From Orbicella franksi (taxonomy: Eukaryota), in contig OZ116698.1 of NCBI GenBank assembly GCA_964199315.1, forward strand, positions 44,330,001 to 44,394,000: 64,000 bases of DNA, in the 5' to 3' direction. Positions 63,785 to 64,000 of this stretch are shown here, one piece after another. The number at the start of each line of letters is the position of its first letter. The first letter of the stretch is position 1. Under the pieces are notes generated by a model. It was not told the origin of the DNA, ran no database searches, and saw nothing but the letters and a program-made list of their open reading frames with translations. The position numbers and the translations under genes were made by a program.

Positions 63785-64000
63785 GTGAGTGCATCAATCT
63801 TCCAAAGATCTAGAGATGTAAGCTAAGAGTAACTAGCTTTTTGGTGACCGAGATCATGAAGTGATTTGGTTTCATCGAGTTCAAAATGGCTAATAGCATA
63901 ATACATGTATCTAAATGTACTAAATGCATTGAGCATGTGCGACCCCAGTTGTAGATTGTGAAGGTGGCATGGAGAAGTGAATAAGGAAATCTTGGATACC

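Noticed and set aside
1-64000. CRISPR arrays, rRNA, prokaryotic operons, autonomous transposase or RT genes
   Set aside because: None seen; the DNA is spliceosomal-intron eukaryotic and all mobile-element remnants are short and non-autonomous.

Overview
AT-rich, intron-containing eukaryotic DNA, most likely from a stony coral (anthozoan cnidarian), judged from the repeat families and gene content. The dominant feature is an intact PRD-class homeobox cluster spanning about 34 kb: Orthopedia (Otp, +, 9935-17143), Retinal homeobox (Rx, +, 21859-25375) and Homeobrain (Hbn, -, 44356-37854). All three have three coding exons, a Q50 homeodomain, the same intron phases and a C-terminal OAR motif. This 'HRO' cluster is already known from Nematostella and protostomes. 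The Rx-Hbn interval contains a sharp CpG desert (about 31.9-34.6 kb) flanked by promoter-like, exon-bearing CpG-rich ends, which suggests an unannotated gene inside the cluster. To the right lie two small minus-strand candidate genes of unknown family (a 166-aa phospho-motif-rich protein and a 116-aa single-pass membrane protein), many non-autonomous repeats (SINEs, MITEs, two bipartite hairpin+TIR elements, a 396-bp foldback) and the 5' part of PRCC, which runs off the window. No CRISPR array, rRNA or bona fide tRNA was found. Coordinates were counted by hand and family assignments rest on recalled consensus sequences, not database searches.
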